From assembly GCF_052425735.1 (NCBI RefSeq), contig NC_135766.1:17174001-17238000 (forward strand): a stretch of DNA of 64,000 nucleotides, written 5' to 3'. The DNA is from Oculina patagonica (lineage: Eukaryota). Made by a program: the position numbers and the translations under genes. Shown piece by piece: positions 63,742 through 64,000 of this stretch; within the stretch, counting starts at the first letter, position 1; every line of letters begins with the position of its first letter. The notes beneath the pieces were generated by a model. That model did not search any database and was not told where the DNA came from. It saw only the letters and a list, made by a program, of their open reading frames with translations.

Positions 63742-64000
63742 GTAAGATACTCAGTTAACCCTATTCAGACCGGGCTTTTTTGGACCTTCTCAGACCGGGG
63801 GGGGGGCTTCGGAAACCCCCCCTATGTAACTTCCAGAATATTTAACCAATCACCATGAAACTTATAGGATGTATTGTACGTACGAAACTCTTTCCTTTGG
63901 TATACGTCACGTGGGATAGTGACGTCACATCACGTGACAATTACATCATGATGTCAAAACAGCCGCCATCTTGGATCCGCCATCTTGGATTTCAAAATTT

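Overview
AT-rich animal genomic DNA with spliceosomal introns and three N gaps. The repeat repertoire suggests a cnidarian, probably a stony coral (inference). Most listed ORFs are spurious; the genes were assembled by hand from GT-AG exons with consistent phases. In order: (1) two tandem intronless paralogs of an unknown ~200-aa protein, split by precisely bounded transposons (AcademH-like with 10-bp TSD in copy A; a Helentron-type element and a 5.7-kb TTAA element with 2-kb near-identical inverted arms in copy B); (2) a 3-exon, 296-aa gene with an NCYNY/DYHWYR/WSHKPG Cys-His papain-like signature; (3) a 5-exon type I membrane protein gene head-to-head with (4) an intact 5-exon TMEM18; (5) three tandem single-domain beta/gamma-crystallin-like copies, at least two decayed; (6) a Polinton/Maverick-like remnant; (7) a partial LRR + Cys-rich + multi-TM receptor gene running off the right end. 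Dense MITEs, SINEs, Crypton, Penelope (with hammerhead ribozyme motifs), hAT and CRE-type remnants fill the rest. Family names rest on motif recognition, not database searches.
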